A stretch of 64,000 bases of DNA from Alphaproteobacteria bacterium (GTDB lineage: Bacteria > Pseudomonadota > Alphaproteobacteria > SP197): positions 325,491 to 389,490 of the forward strand of contig CBDCEA010000005.1 of the NCBI GenBank assembly GCA_965215635.1, read 5' to 3'. Shown here piece after piece: positions 41,367 through 50,838 of the stretch. A model generated the notes under the pieces. The model did not search any database, had not been told where the DNA came from, and saw nothing but the letters and a program-made list of their open reading frames with translations. A program made the position numbers and the translations under genes. Position 1 is the first letter of the stretch. Each line of letters begins with the position of its first letter.

Positions 41367-41729
41367 TCAGCTCTCGTCGACCCTGGCCATCTCGTCTTCT
41401 TCGATGGTGCCGTATGATTCGTGGATGCGGACGATCAGGGCAAGCGCCAGCGACATGGTGGCCACCGACACCACGATGGCGGTCAGGATCAGAACATGGG
41501 GAAGCGGATTGGAATAGAGCGTGGCTTCTTCGTGAAGAATGGGCGCCGTTCCGCCGCGGACATAGGCGACAGAGATGTAGAAAAGGAAGACTGCGGTCTG
41601 AAAGATATTGAGACCCACCACCTTTTTGATGAGGTTGCCGCGCGTCATGACGATGTAGAGCCCGATCACCAGAAGAATGATCGCACCCCACTGCAACGCG
41701 TGAGCGGTCACGAACCCGAGGACGTCCAT
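41367..41729 (-). CDS. mrpC: MrpC/NuoK-like subunit
   Basis: Start MDVLGFV at 41729 in TAATG overlap with mrpB stop; matches MrpC length and TM pattern (…PLPHVLILTAIVVSVATMSLALALIV…). Confidence 0.8.
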   Translation of the reverse strand: MDVLGFVTAHALQWGAIILLVIGLYIVMTRGNLIKKVVGLNIFQTAVFLFYISVAYVRGGTAPILHEEATLYSNPLPHVLILTAIVVSVATMSLALALIVRIHESYGTIEEDEMARVDES

Positions 41730-42151
41730 TACCGTTCCCTGCGTTCGGCAAGGACGAGGAAGATAGCTGTCAGGACCCCGGCGACGGTAATGCCGACCCC
41801 GAGTTCGACGATGATGATGCCGACATGCTGGCCATCGACGGGAGAATGGCTGTCGAAGACACTGTAGTTGAGGTACTCGCCGCCCAGCGCCAGTGCCGCA
41901 AAACCGGTGGCGGCATAGAGGATCAGTCCCAGGCACACCATGGCGATCACGAGAGCCATGGGAAGAACCCGCATCGTTTTCCTGATACCGAAGACGATGG
42001 TGTAGACAATGATGCCCGTGGCAAAGATGACGCCCGCCTGAAAGCCGCCTCCCGGTCCGTAGTCACCGTGCATCTGGACATAGAGCGCGAAGAGCAGAAT
42101 GAACGGCAGCAGGATCTTCACGACCACGCGAACGATGATGAACTCGCTCAT
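41729..42151 (-). CDS. mrpB: MrpB subunit
   Basis: …GPGGGFQAGVIFATG… conserved MrpB block. Confidence 0.8.
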   Translation of the reverse strand: MSEFIIVRVVVKILLPFILLFALYVQMHGDYGPGGGFQAGVIFATGIIVYTIVFGIRKTMRVLPMALVIAMVCLGLILYAATGFAALALGGEYLNYSVFDSHSPVDGQHVGIIIVELGVGITVAGVLTAIFLVLAERRER

Positions 42152-42693
42152 GCGTCGCCTCCGCGCCAGCGCCTCAGCAGCGCGATCACGCAGATTCCTG
42201 CGGTGAAGATCACGGCAACCTCACCCAGGGTATCGTAGCCCCGGTAGCTTGCCAGAATGGCCGTCACCATGTTGGGAACGCCGGTGCTCGACGGACCTTC
42301 GGTGATATAGCGATCCGCAACATGCAGATTGACCGGCGCCGCCGGATCGCCCAGTCCCGGCATGTCGAAGGTTGCGTAGACCAGGGCAACGCCCGTGGCC
42401 ACGGCCGCCAGAAGTGCAAGGGTACGTTCCACCGGTCTCTTCGGGACCGGCGCTTCGTCCTGTGTCGTCAGCGATATCGCCGACAGCATGAGAGTGAGTG
42501 TAATGCCGGCACCCACCACTGCCTCCGTGAATGCGACATCGACGGCATGAAGCAGCGTGTAGACGACCGCCAGAATGAGACTGTAGGCGCCGGTCAGAAT
42601 AGCCACGGCGACCAGACTCCCCAGCCTGACGAGTACCAGCGCCACCGCGATCAACAGCACGACAAGAAGGATGATGTTGAAATCGTCCGTCAC
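42148..42693 (-). CDS. MrpB-related DUF4040 membrane protein (equivalent to MrpA C-terminal domain / MbhD-F-like)
   Basis: Hydrophobic 181-aa protein positioned between mrpG and mrpB as in Mbh/Mbx-type clusters. Confidence 0.65.
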   Translation of the reverse strand: MTDDFNIILLVVLLIAVALVLVRLGSLVAVAILTGAYSLILAVVYTLLHAVDVAFTEAVVGAGITLTLMLSAISLTTQDEAPVPKRPVERTLALLAAVATGVALVYATFDMPGLGDPAAPVNLHVADRYITEGPSSTGVPNMVTAILASYRGYDTLGEVAVIFTAGICVIALLRRWRGGDA

Positions 42694-43022
42694 GAACCGG
42701 CACTTTCCCTGTCGTCCGGCTCGGGCGCATCTGGTGAAACGCCTCCCAGGAGTGCCGAGTGCGCAACCGCGTGGCTTGCGGTCGGTGCGGTCAGGAACAG
42801 CACGATACCGATCAGGACAAGCCTCACCGAATTGAGTCCGAACTCCGTCTGCAGCAGCATGCCGAAAAGCAGCAGGGCAGCACCTCCGGTATCGGCGAGG
42901 CTGCCGGCATGGAGTCTTGTGAAGAGATCGGGCAGACGCACCATGCCAAGCGCGCTCGTCACCATCAGCAGACCACCCGCAACCATGGCGATCCAGCTCA
43001 GCACGTCGATCACGACGCTCAC
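42690..43022 (-). CDS. mrpG: MrpG subunit
   Basis: …GMVRLPDLFTRLHAGSLADTGGA… matches MrpG …RFPDVYGRLHAATKSATLG…. Confidence 0.75.
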   Translation of the reverse strand: MSVVIDVLSWIAMVAGGLLMVTSALGMVRLPDLFTRLHAGSLADTGGAALLLFGMLLQTEFGLNSVRLVLIGIVLFLTAPTASHAVAHSALLGGVSPDAPEPDDRESAGS

Positions 43023-43282
43023 GGCTCTTCCCCGAGATGGCCGAACCTGAAGTACTTCAGTGCCGCGAGGGTTCCGACAAAGTTGAGAAAAGCATAGGCG
43101 AGCGAAAGATCCAGAAAGTCCGGACGGTCCGTCAGGTAGCCTGCCACCGCGATCAGGAGAACCGTCATGGTCCCGTGGACATTGACCGCGAGGATGCGAT
43201 CATAGGGTGTCGGACCGCGCACAGCGCGCACGAGGGTCAGCGCCATCGCCACCACCAGACATGCCGTCGCGACCGTGAACAT
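43019..43282 (-). CDS. mrpF: MrpF subunit
   Basis: …RGPTPYDRILAVNVHGTMTVLLIAV… matches MrpF …IGPTMSDRIVALDTFGIN…. Confidence 0.75.
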   Translation of the reverse strand: MFTVATACLVVAMALTLVRAVRGPTPYDRILAVNVHGTMTVLLIAVAGYLTDRPDFLDLSLAYAFLNFVGTLAALKYFRFGHLGEEP

Positions 43283-43767
43283 CAGGGCCTGCCCTCCATG
43301 GCGCAGACCCGGCGGTCCATTTCGCCCTCTTCCAGATCCTCGAGGCCCTTCCTCGAGAGCGCGTGAACATGAATGCGGTCCGGCAGCACCGACAGGGAGA
43401 CCGTTCCCGGCGTGAGCGTGATCGAATTGGCGAACGCGACAAGGCCCGCCGGTGTCTTCTGGTGCGCGGCCACCCAGCCGGAACCTGGATCAAGCTTCAT
43501 CCTCGGCGACAGGATGGTACGCGCAACGGTGACGTTGGCGATGCCGATCTGCCACACCAGCCACGGCAGATAGAGAACCAGACCCCCAGCCAGGTGGATC
43601 GGAAACCCCTCCTCGTCGATCGCTCCCATGCGATGGGCGATGACCACAACAAGCACGCAGGCGACCGCACCCGACGCAAGAAGGAAGGGATCCCAGTGCC
43701 CGGAAAGGACAAGCCATGTCCCCGCAAGCAAGACAAGAAGACCGATCACACGAACCAACGCACCCAC
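43282..43767 (-). CDS. mrpE: MrpE subunit (start approximate; GTG/TTG)
   Basis: C-terminal …ILSPRMKLDPGSGWVAAH…ITLTPGTVSL… matches MrpE …IVLSPKMNIQPG…ISLTPGTLS…; the long track ORF to 44343 is an N-terminal over-extension. Confidence 0.6.
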   Translation of the reverse strand: MGALVRVIGLLVLLAGTWLVLSGHWDPFLLASGAVACVLVVVIAHRMGAIDEEGFPIHLAGGLVLYLPWLVWQIGIANVTVARTILSPRMKLDPGSGWVAAHQKTPAGLVAFANSITLTPGTVSLSVLPDRIHVHALSRKGLEDLEEGEMDRRVCAMEGRP

Positions 43768-44130
43768 TCCATCACCACGAATCCAGCAACGCGCGGCACC
43801 GCAAACCACGCCTTTCTTCGAGTATGCCCAAGAGTGAACCGCGAACAAGATTGCCAGGATCAATAACGTCAGCACCGGGGATTCATTCACACAAATCCGC
43901 CACCGGATTGCCGGTCCCGACGCGATAGACGTGAACGGGAAGGAAGCAGCGGGCGTCGTAATGGGCGTGGAACTGCGACAGTTGCTGGGTAGCGCGCCTG
44001 ATCGCAGATATCGCCGATGCCGGGGGTGATAGCGGCAGAAGAGATCGACCAGCGCCGTCGTCGTGCGCGAGAGCCCGTTCTCCAGACGGCTGATGGTCGG
44101 TTGCGAACAGAGTGCGCGGCCAATTTTAAC

Positions 44131-44180
44131 AGGGGGTCGGGGCGCAGCGCGTCGCAGGGGGTCGGGGCGCAGCGCGTCGT
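44131..44180. repeat. perfect 25-bp tandem duplication (AGGGGGTCGGGGCGCAGCGCGTCGC x2) in the leader region upstream of the mrp-cox operon
   Basis: Read directly: 44131-44155 and 44156-44180 are identical. Confidence 0.9.
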
Positions 44181-44326
44181 CCTCGTATCGGCAGGCGATC
44201 GCGAACATGCAATAGCACAGCATCGCCGACAACGTATGGACCACTCCTCGCCGGGTCGCGCATGCAGCCCGCCAGGGTGTCGGCCAGACGCAAGCGGCGT
44301 CCTGTGTCAACGGGGCAGCCTCCTGT

Positions 44327-45190
44327 CTACAGTGGCGGTACATCCAATGTCACAGCGACCGGGCAATGGTCTGACAGAAATTCCTGCATGCTCTCGTTCT
44401 CGGCATATACAAGCTGCTCGAAGCTTCCCGGCACGACCCACTTGCCGACCTGAACGTCGTAGACGATGTGATCGATGTAGCGGGGGTATTTCCCAGACCA
44501 GCACTCCGAAGACCTGCCCTCGGTCGCTCGGGACAAGTCCAATCCATTGGGCTCTCCATCGTCGATCTCGGACCAGAAGTCGTCTCCGGGCTTGTCAAAG
44601 CGCCGGTTGAAGTCCCCGAGGACGATGAACGGGGTTCCGTTTGCCGCCCTTTGGTCGATCCACTGCTCCAGCACAGGCACCTGGGATGCCAGTTTCTCGC
44701 AATGGTTGCCTTCGATGGATGGTTCGGGAAGGGGTTTCTGGAAGCAGAAAGATTTCAGATGTACCACGAGGAATCGAATGGACGTCTTGCCTGCCATGAT
44801 CTCGATGTCGACACCGTGACGCAGGCGGCCTGTGGTGTTCATCTCCTCCAGGTCCGGATGGCGCCTTACCGGAACTGTTATCCTGACGGCGAAGGCGGTT
44901 CGTTGTTTGGCCTTCCCTCCTCGCTCTGAAACGAAGAATCTGTAGAGATCGGGATCGAATATTTTCGCCAGGGCCTGCTCGTTCTCGATTTCCTGAAGCG
45001 CCACAACGTCGGCATTCAGCAACGCCGCATATCCCTTCAAGCGAAGAAAATCTTCAGCGTTTCTTGGATTTCTTCCCTTGCCTGGAGAGGCCTCCAGATT
45101 CTCGATGTTCCAGGTTGCAATCTTGATCGTGTCGGCCGATGCAGGCAAAACGAGAAACAGTGCCACAACAAGAATAAGGAGCGCCTTCAT
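44327..45190 (-). CDS. secreted endonuclease/exonuclease/phosphatase (EEP) family protein
   Basis: Signal peptide MKALLILVVALFLVLPASA; EEP catalytic blocks (…IATWNIENL…, …ALQEIEN…, …LGDFN…, …SDHCPV…); noticeably lower GC and A/T-ending codons than neighbours. Confidence 0.8.
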   Translation of the reverse strand: MKALLILVVALFLVLPASADTIKIATWNIENLEASPGKGRNPRNAEDFLRLKGYAALLNADVVALQEIENEQALAKIFDPDLYRFFVSERGGKAKQRTAFAVRITVPVRRHPDLEEMNTTGRLRHGVDIEIMAGKTSIRFLVVHLKSFCFQKPLPEPSIEGNHCEKLASQVPVLEQWIDQRAANGTPFIVLGDFNRRFDKPGDDFWSEIDDGEPNGLDLSRATEGRSSECWSGKYPRYIDHIVYDVQVGKWVVPGSFEQLVYAENESMQEFLSDHCPVAVTLDVPPL

Positions 45191-46261
45191 CGCGTGTCCC
45201 CCGAGGGTCGTAGAGGCAACGTGCCCGCAGTGTGGCGGGGTGGAACGGGAACGTCGATCCTACTCGCCCGAGAAGGCGCAGCGGGAGATCGATCTGGACA
45301 TCGAGCTTCACGGGTAACCGGACGGATTGTACCAGGAATATTGTCACCAACCCGTGATGAAGTCCGTCGACAGACATCCCAGGCTGGCCTGCGCACCGCT
45401 TCCGGATTTTGCCGCGACGACATCATGGCCTGGTGCGAGGAAGAGGCAAATTTTGGCTCTGCGCCCGGTCCGGCAAAGAACAGCAGACTCGAAGGGGTTG
45501 AGCGTCGACGCGATGGCCCAGGAGGACCGCCGGGCGCTGGCTCGTGCGGGCTGTGTGGGACCCGCCATCTGATTGACAGGCTCAGGACCGACCCGACGCT
45601 GCTCCGACTGTGTGGCTGGTCGCGTGACGTGGAGGAGCGAGGCGAATTTTTCGCGGGTGTGTGCCTGGTTATGTTGGTCGCGTGTTCCGGAGAGGATACA
45701 CCGGGTGACGAGCCTATCGGACACGTGTCAAGGGGCCACGGGCTGCATCTCGATACGGCGGTTGAGGTGTACCGCCCTCCCATCGACATCCCTCCATGAG
45801 GTGCCGAGTCGCGGTCCCGCTGGCGACGATGACCGCCGGGCGTGTGACGAACCTCCGATATCCACCAGACAAACGAACGCCTTGACCATGTCCCTCAACC
45901 TGCGCCGGGACAAGGAAGCTCAAGGAGGAACTGGCCCGGGACCGTGCGGCGGGCATTCCAGGATCATCTGCCATCTACCTCCGACCAGTTGATACCTCTC
46001 GCCCTCGGCTCCGGCAGGCTGTTTCGACTTTTCGAAGAGAGTGGCATGGTGAGGCTTGCCCTGGCACCCGAAACATTCCCGGTTTGTTCACATTGGCTCG
46101 GGAGAGACACCGCAAGTTGACGGATTCCGGCTATCCTGCGCAGGGGTGTCCGTGATCAAATGCCTGATCCGGGCTCACCGGCCCCTGGGATCGGGAATAT
46201 TGCAAGAGCCTCTGTCGCCATTCATTCGTCGCACCGAACGACTGTCTTTGCGGAGCGTTGC

Positions 46262-46792
46262 ATGATCCTCGCCATCCCTGGACTGGGCCGAATGTGTTCC
46301 AAGACGTTCGCGCGGGCGGTGTTGTGGCTGATTCCTGCCGTCTTCCTGGTGACGCCGTTCCTTGCAGTGGGCAGTGACATCACCTTTGCCAGGGATACCC
46401 TGGAGATCGTCACACGGGACAACCGGACCCATACCTTCGAAGTAGACCTTGCCGTCACCCCCGCACAGCGTGCGCATGGCCTGATGTTCCGGCAGGACAT
46501 GGCCGAAGACGAAGGCATGCTCTTCCTGTTCGACCGGGAGGCGCCCCGCAGCTTCTGGATGAAGAACACCTACCTTGCGCTCGACATCATCTTTCTCGAT
46601 CAACACGGCACCATCGCGAGAATCGCACCCGATGCCATACCTTTCGACGAGACGACCATTCCATCGATCGTGCCGGCCGCCGCCGTCCTCGAGGTCCTTG
46701 CCGGCACCACACAAAGGCTGGGCCTTGGACCCGGGGACCGTGTGCTTCACAGGGCCTTCGACGCGCAACCGGAGGAGGAGACCGGACCATGA
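46262..46792 (+). CDS. DUF192 domain-containing protein, probably exported
   Basis: Hydrophobic N-terminus, family-typical …GLMFR…LFLFD…[16 protein letters not shown]… core; start uncertain (46160/46262/46292). Confidence 0.6.
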   Translation: MILAIPGLGRMCSKTFARAVLWLIPAVFLVTPFLAVGSDITFARDTLEIVTRDNRTHTFEVDLAVTPAQRAHGLMFRQDMAEDEGMLFLFDREAPRSFWMKNTYLALDIIFLDQHGTIARIAPDAIPFDETTIPSIVPAAAVLEVLAGTTQRLGLGPGDRVLHRAFDAQPEEETGP

Positions 46793-47484
46793 TGCTCACA
46801 CCTGCCGAGATCGATCGGCTGACCCTCTACACGGCAGCGGAACTCGCGCGCAAACGAAGAGCCCGCGGTCTGAAACTGAACCATCCCGAAGCCGTCGCGC
46901 TGATCTCGGATGAAATCATGGAAGCGGCACGCGACGGCCGAACGCTTGCGGAGGTCACCAGCTTCGGTTCGACAATTCTCACCACGGATGACGTGCTTGC
47001 GGGCGTGGCCGACATGATCGACCTCATCAATGTCGACGCCCAGTTCGACGACGGGCTGAAGACCGTGACTGTCTGGCAACCCGTGCGCCCCGGACGGGAG
47101 GTCCCCGAAACCGCGCGCAAGGCCGGCGAGATCCTTGTCGGCGACGGCGAGATCACACTCAATGCCGCAGGCGCCAAGACCGCCATCATTGTCCTCAATA
47201 CGGGAGACCGTCCCGTTCACGTGGCGAGCCACTTCCATTTCTTCGAGGCCAACAGGGAACTCGAGTTCGACCGTGAAGCCGCCTTCGGCATGCGTCTCGA
47301 TCTTCCCGCAGGTGCAAGCGCCAGATTCGATCCGGGTGAACATCGCGAGGTCGCGCTGACGGCCATCGCGGGAACCGGAGACATCTCGGGCCTCAATCGC
47401 CTGACCGAGGGCAACATCCACGACCCCCAAGTCAGAAACAGGGCTCTGGAACGGGCCCGCCAACGCGGGTTCAGGGGGGCCTGA
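46789..47484 (+). CDS. ureAB: urease gamma/beta fused subunit (UreAB)
   Basis: N-terminal [39 protein letters not shown] = UreA(gamma); C-terminal …[24 protein letters not shown]… = UreB(beta); single 231-aa ORF. Confidence 0.9.
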   Translation: MMLTPAEIDRLTLYTAAELARKRRARGLKLNHPEAVALISDEIMEAARDGRTLAEVTSFGSTILTTDDVLAGVADMIDLINVDAQFDDGLKTVTVWQPVRPGREVPETARKAGEILVGDGEITLNAAGAKTAIIVLNTGDRPVHVASHFHFFEANRELEFDREAAFGMRLDLPAGASARFDPGEHREVALTAIAGTGDISGLNRLTEGNIHDPQVRNRALERARQRGFRGA

Positions 47485-47486
47485 AC

Positions 47487-49196
47487 ATGGCAACGATGAC
47501 GCGGGAACGCTACGCGGCAATGTTCGGGCCCACGGCGGGCGATCGTATCCGTCTGGGCGATACGAGTCTCATCGCCATGATCGAACATGATCACGGGACC
47601 TATGGCGAGGAAGGCATCACGGGTGTCGGCAAGACCCTTCGCGCCGGAGCCGGCATGGATGGCGGGATTCGCCTCGACGAGGGTGCGCTCGAAATCGTCT
47701 TCTGCAATGTCGTGGTCATGTGCCCGGTCACGGGCATCTTCAAGTGTGACATCGGCGTTCGTGACGGTCGGATCAGCGCCATCGGCAAGGCCGGCAATCC
47801 TGCGGTCATGGCCGGCGTTTCGCCAAGTATGATCGTCGGCCCGGGAACCAAGCACGTCAACGGTCAGGGGATGATCGCCACGCCGGGAGGCATCGACGTC
47901 CACGCCCACTACCTGCAGCCTGCCGAAGTGTGGCACGCCCTCTCGTCGGGCCTCACCACCATGATCGGCGGCGGCTTCCCGGGATGCTGGGCCGTCGACA
48001 GCGGCGGCGACTGGGCCAATGCCCGCATGCTGAAGGCGACCGAGAGGTTCCCGATGAACTTCGGCCTCTTCAGCCGCGGCGGCGCCAGCAGGCCCGAGGC
48101 CATCGAGGAGCAGCTGGCTTCGGGTGTGATCGGCGTCAAGATCCATGAGGATATCGGTGCCATGCCCGCGGTGATCGACACCTGCCTGACCGTCGCTGAC
48201 CGGCTGGACTTCCAGGTCCAGCTTCACACCGATTCGATGAACGAATCGGGTTTCTACGAGACGACGATGGAAGCCATCGGCGACCGCACCATCCACATGT
48301 ACCACACGGAAGGTGCCGGCGGAGGACACGCACCGGACATCATAAGGTGCAACGGCGAACCCCATTGCCTTCCCTCTTCCACCTCGCCCACCAATCCCTT
48401 CACCCTCAATGCCCTGGGCGAACACATGGACATGATGATGCTGTGCCATACTCTCAGAGGCGATATCCCCGAGGATGTCGCCTTTGCGGAGAGTCGGCTG
48501 CGTCCGCAGTCCATGGCGGCCGAAGATGTCCTGCACGATCTCGGAGCGATTTCCATGGCTGGTTCGGATGCGCAGGGCATGGGGCGCGTGATGGACGTGA
48601 TCGCCGGAATGTGGCGCCTTGCATCGGCCATGAAGGACCGCCAGGGTCCGCTCGAAGGAGAGCCCTTCGGCAATGCGGACAATGCCCGGATCCTGCGCTA
48701 CCTCGCCAAGTATACGATCAATCCGGCCATCACTTTCGGCATTGCGCAGCATGTCGGGAGCCTGGAGGTCGGCAAGATTGCCGATATCGTGCTGTGGCGC
48801 CCCGGTTTCTTCGGGGTCAAGGCCCAGCAGGTGTTCAAGGCCGGTGTCGAGGTCTGGAGCCCGTTCGGAAATGCCGCGGCGTCGATCCCGATGAGCGAGC
48901 CCCTGGCCTTCCGTGAAAGCTGGCCATCCTGCGGCAGTGCTCCGGATCTCGTCTCTTTCGTGTTCGTCCACCCCCGTGCCATCGACGAAGGCCTGGACAG
49001 CAGGCTGAAACTCACCAAGCCGCTGTTGCCCGCAAGAGGAACGCGAGGTCTCGGCAAGGCGGACATGATCCGCAACGATGCCGTGCCGTCCATCACGGTC
49101 GACCCCCAGACATTCGAGGTCTTTGCGGACGGCACATTGCTGGATGTTCCTGCCGTGAGGCACGTCGCTCTTGGAAGGCGCTATTTCCTCATCTGA
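47487..49196 (+). CDS. ureC: urease alpha subunit
   Basis: MATMTRERYAAMFGPTAGDRIRLGDTSL… N-terminus, nickel-ligand His blocks (GGIDVHAHY…, …KIHEDIGA…, …HTDSMNE…, …MYHTEGAGGGHAPD…). Confidence 0.9.
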   Translation: MATMTRERYAAMFGPTAGDRIRLGDTSLIAMIEHDHGTYGEEGITGVGKTLRAGAGMDGGIRLDEGALEIVFCNVVVMCPVTGIFKCDIGVRDGRISAIGKAGNPAVMAGVSPSMIVGPGTKHVNGQGMIATPGGIDVHAHYLQPAEVWHALSSGLTTMIGGGFPGCWAVDSGGDWANARMLKATERFPMNFGLFSRGGASRPEAIEEQLASGVIGVKIHEDIGAMPAVIDTCLTVADRLDFQVQLHTDSMNESGFYETTMEAIGDRTIHMYHTEGAGGGHAPDIIRCNGEPHCLPSSTSPTNPFTLNALGEHMDMMMLCHTLRGDIPEDVAFAESRLRPQSMAAEDVLHDLGAISMAGSDAQGMGRVMDVIAGMWRLASAMKDRQGPLEGEPFGNADNARILRYLAKYTINPAITFGIAQHVGSLEVGKIADIVLWRPGFFGVKAQQVFKAGVEVWSPFGNAAASIPMSEPLAFRESWPSCGSAPDLVSFVFVHPRAIDEGLDSRLKLTKPLLPARGTRGLGKADMIRNDAVPSITVDPQTFEVFADGTLLDVPAVRHVALGRRYFLI

Positions 49197-49335
49197 CCGG
49201 GTTCCCCGGAGTCGGCCAGCCTGCCGTTTGGCGGACATTCCGGAACTGCACGGCAGCCCTGCAAGCCCGTGAGGGGTCGAGCCTTTCTTCCCACTGGATT
49301 CGTCCGGCATTATCAGGCATACGCGGCCGTCCTTC

Positions 49336-50610
49336 TTGTCGTGGAACCGGACCATGATTGCAGCGCTGTTCGGTGTCTGGGCCCTGATCGTCGGCATCTG
49401 CGCCCTGATGGCAGGCAGTGCGCTTCAGGGTTCCCTGCTGGGTCTGCGTGCATCGGCCGCCGGTTTTCCGGATCTTGTGACCGGTTTCGTGATGTCGAGC
49501 TATTACTTCGGGTTCGTGTTCGGCGCACTGATGGCACCCCGTCTTGTCAGGCGTGTCGGCCATATACGGGTGTTCGCGGCACTCGCCTCGCTCGCTTCGA
49601 TATCAGCGCTGGTGCACGCCGTCTTCATCGATCCCTTCGTGTGGACCTTCCTGCGCGTTCTGACCGGTTTCTGCTATATCGGCCTCTACATCATCGCCGA
49701 AAGCTGGCTCAACGATCGTTCGACGAACCGGACACGCGGCCAGCTTCTCGCCGTCTACATGATCGCCATGAGCGGCTCAATGGCACTGGGCCCCCTGCTC
49801 CTCAATGTGGCGAATCCTTCCGGCTATGATCTCTTCATCATCGCCTCCGTTCTCGTCTCGCTTGCCGTGCTGCCGGTATCGCTCACAACCTACCCCGCAC
49901 CGCGTTTCGAGAATCCGGACCGCTTCAGCATCCGGGAACTGGTGAGGGCGTCGCCTCTGGGGGTCGCGGGGTGCTTCGCCAACGGTGCCACCTCCAGTGC
50001 ACTGGTATGGCTTGCATCGCTCTATGGATCGGGACTCGGCATGTCCATCGAGGATGTTTCCCTCTTCACCTCGGCGTCCATCGTCGGCGGCACGATCCTG
50101 ATCTGGCCGATAGGCCGGCTGAGCGACCGATTCGATCGCAGGAAAATCCTGACGATCATTGCCTTCACCGGTGGCTTGTGTTCCTTCGTGGCCGCACTCG
50201 TCGCCCGCCCCGATCCTGTGGTCCAGATCATTGCCGTTGCGGCGGTCGGTTGCTTCACTTCCCCCCTCTACTCGCTCTCGATAGCGCACACAAATGATCG
50301 CCTGAGGCCCGAACAGATGGTCGCGGCCTCAAGCGGGTTGCTGCTCGCGGCAGGTGTCGGCGGGATGCTCGGCCCTTCCGCGGCAGGCGCCATGATGCAG
50401 ATCGCCGGTCCCGCGGGGTACTTCTGGTTCCCGTCCATTGCCATGCTGCTCCTGGGCTTGTTCGCTCTCTACAGGATGACAAGGCGTGCACCGATTCCCA
50501 ACGAGGAGCAGCACGATTTCGTGACCCTGCTCAGGACATCCCAGGTTCTCACCGACACCGCCCTGCGCGACCATATGGACCGTGATCTCGGGCGCATGGC
50601 CAAGCGGTAG
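49336..50610 (+). CDS. MFS transporter
   Basis: 424-aa polytopic protein with MFS-like 6+6 TM organisation. Confidence 0.75.
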   Translation: MSWNRTMIAALFGVWALIVGICALMAGSALQGSLLGLRASAAGFPDLVTGFVMSSYYFGFVFGALMAPRLVRRVGHIRVFAALASLASISALVHAVFIDPFVWTFLRVLTGFCYIGLYIIAESWLNDRSTNRTRGQLLAVYMIAMSGSMALGPLLLNVANPSGYDLFIIASVLVSLAVLPVSLTTYPAPRFENPDRFSIRELVRASPLGVAGCFANGATSSALVWLASLYGSGLGMSIEDVSLFTSASIVGGTILIWPIGRLSDRFDRRKILTIIAFTGGLCSFVAALVARPDPVVQIIAVAAVGCFTSPLYSLSIAHTNDRLRPEQMVAASSGLLLAAGVGGMLGPSAAGAMMQIAGPAGYFWFPSIAMLLLGLFALYRMTRRAPIPNEEQHDFVTLLRTSQVLTDTALRDHMDRDLGRMAKR

Positions 50611-50838
50611 GGGCAGGTCAAGCGACGGCGCCTTCAGGGAAACAGGCTCTGCTCCGGCCGGCTGAAGACGAGCCTTCACGGGGCGTTGTTTCGGCTTCCC
50701 GGATGCCGTAATCCTTGCGATCGGAAGACCATCCGGAGTTACCGGATGAGCACGTGTCCCCGGCGACACAACGTGTGATGGTTCGGGTCGCGGCAGTCTT
50801 CCGCTGACCTTCCTTTCGTCTTCAGGGAACCCTCCTGG

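Noticed and set aside
43800-44343. XRE-like helix-turn-helix signature (…LCSQPTISRLENGLSRTTTALVDLF…) in the N-terminal extension of the mrpE ORF
   Set aside because: No start codon, RBS or complete HTH-domain context; probably chance resemblance within an over-extended reading frame, although a decayed regulator cannot be excluded.
47217-49397. 726-aa minus-strand ORF
   Set aside because: Antisense to ureC, which has unmistakable urease alpha motifs.
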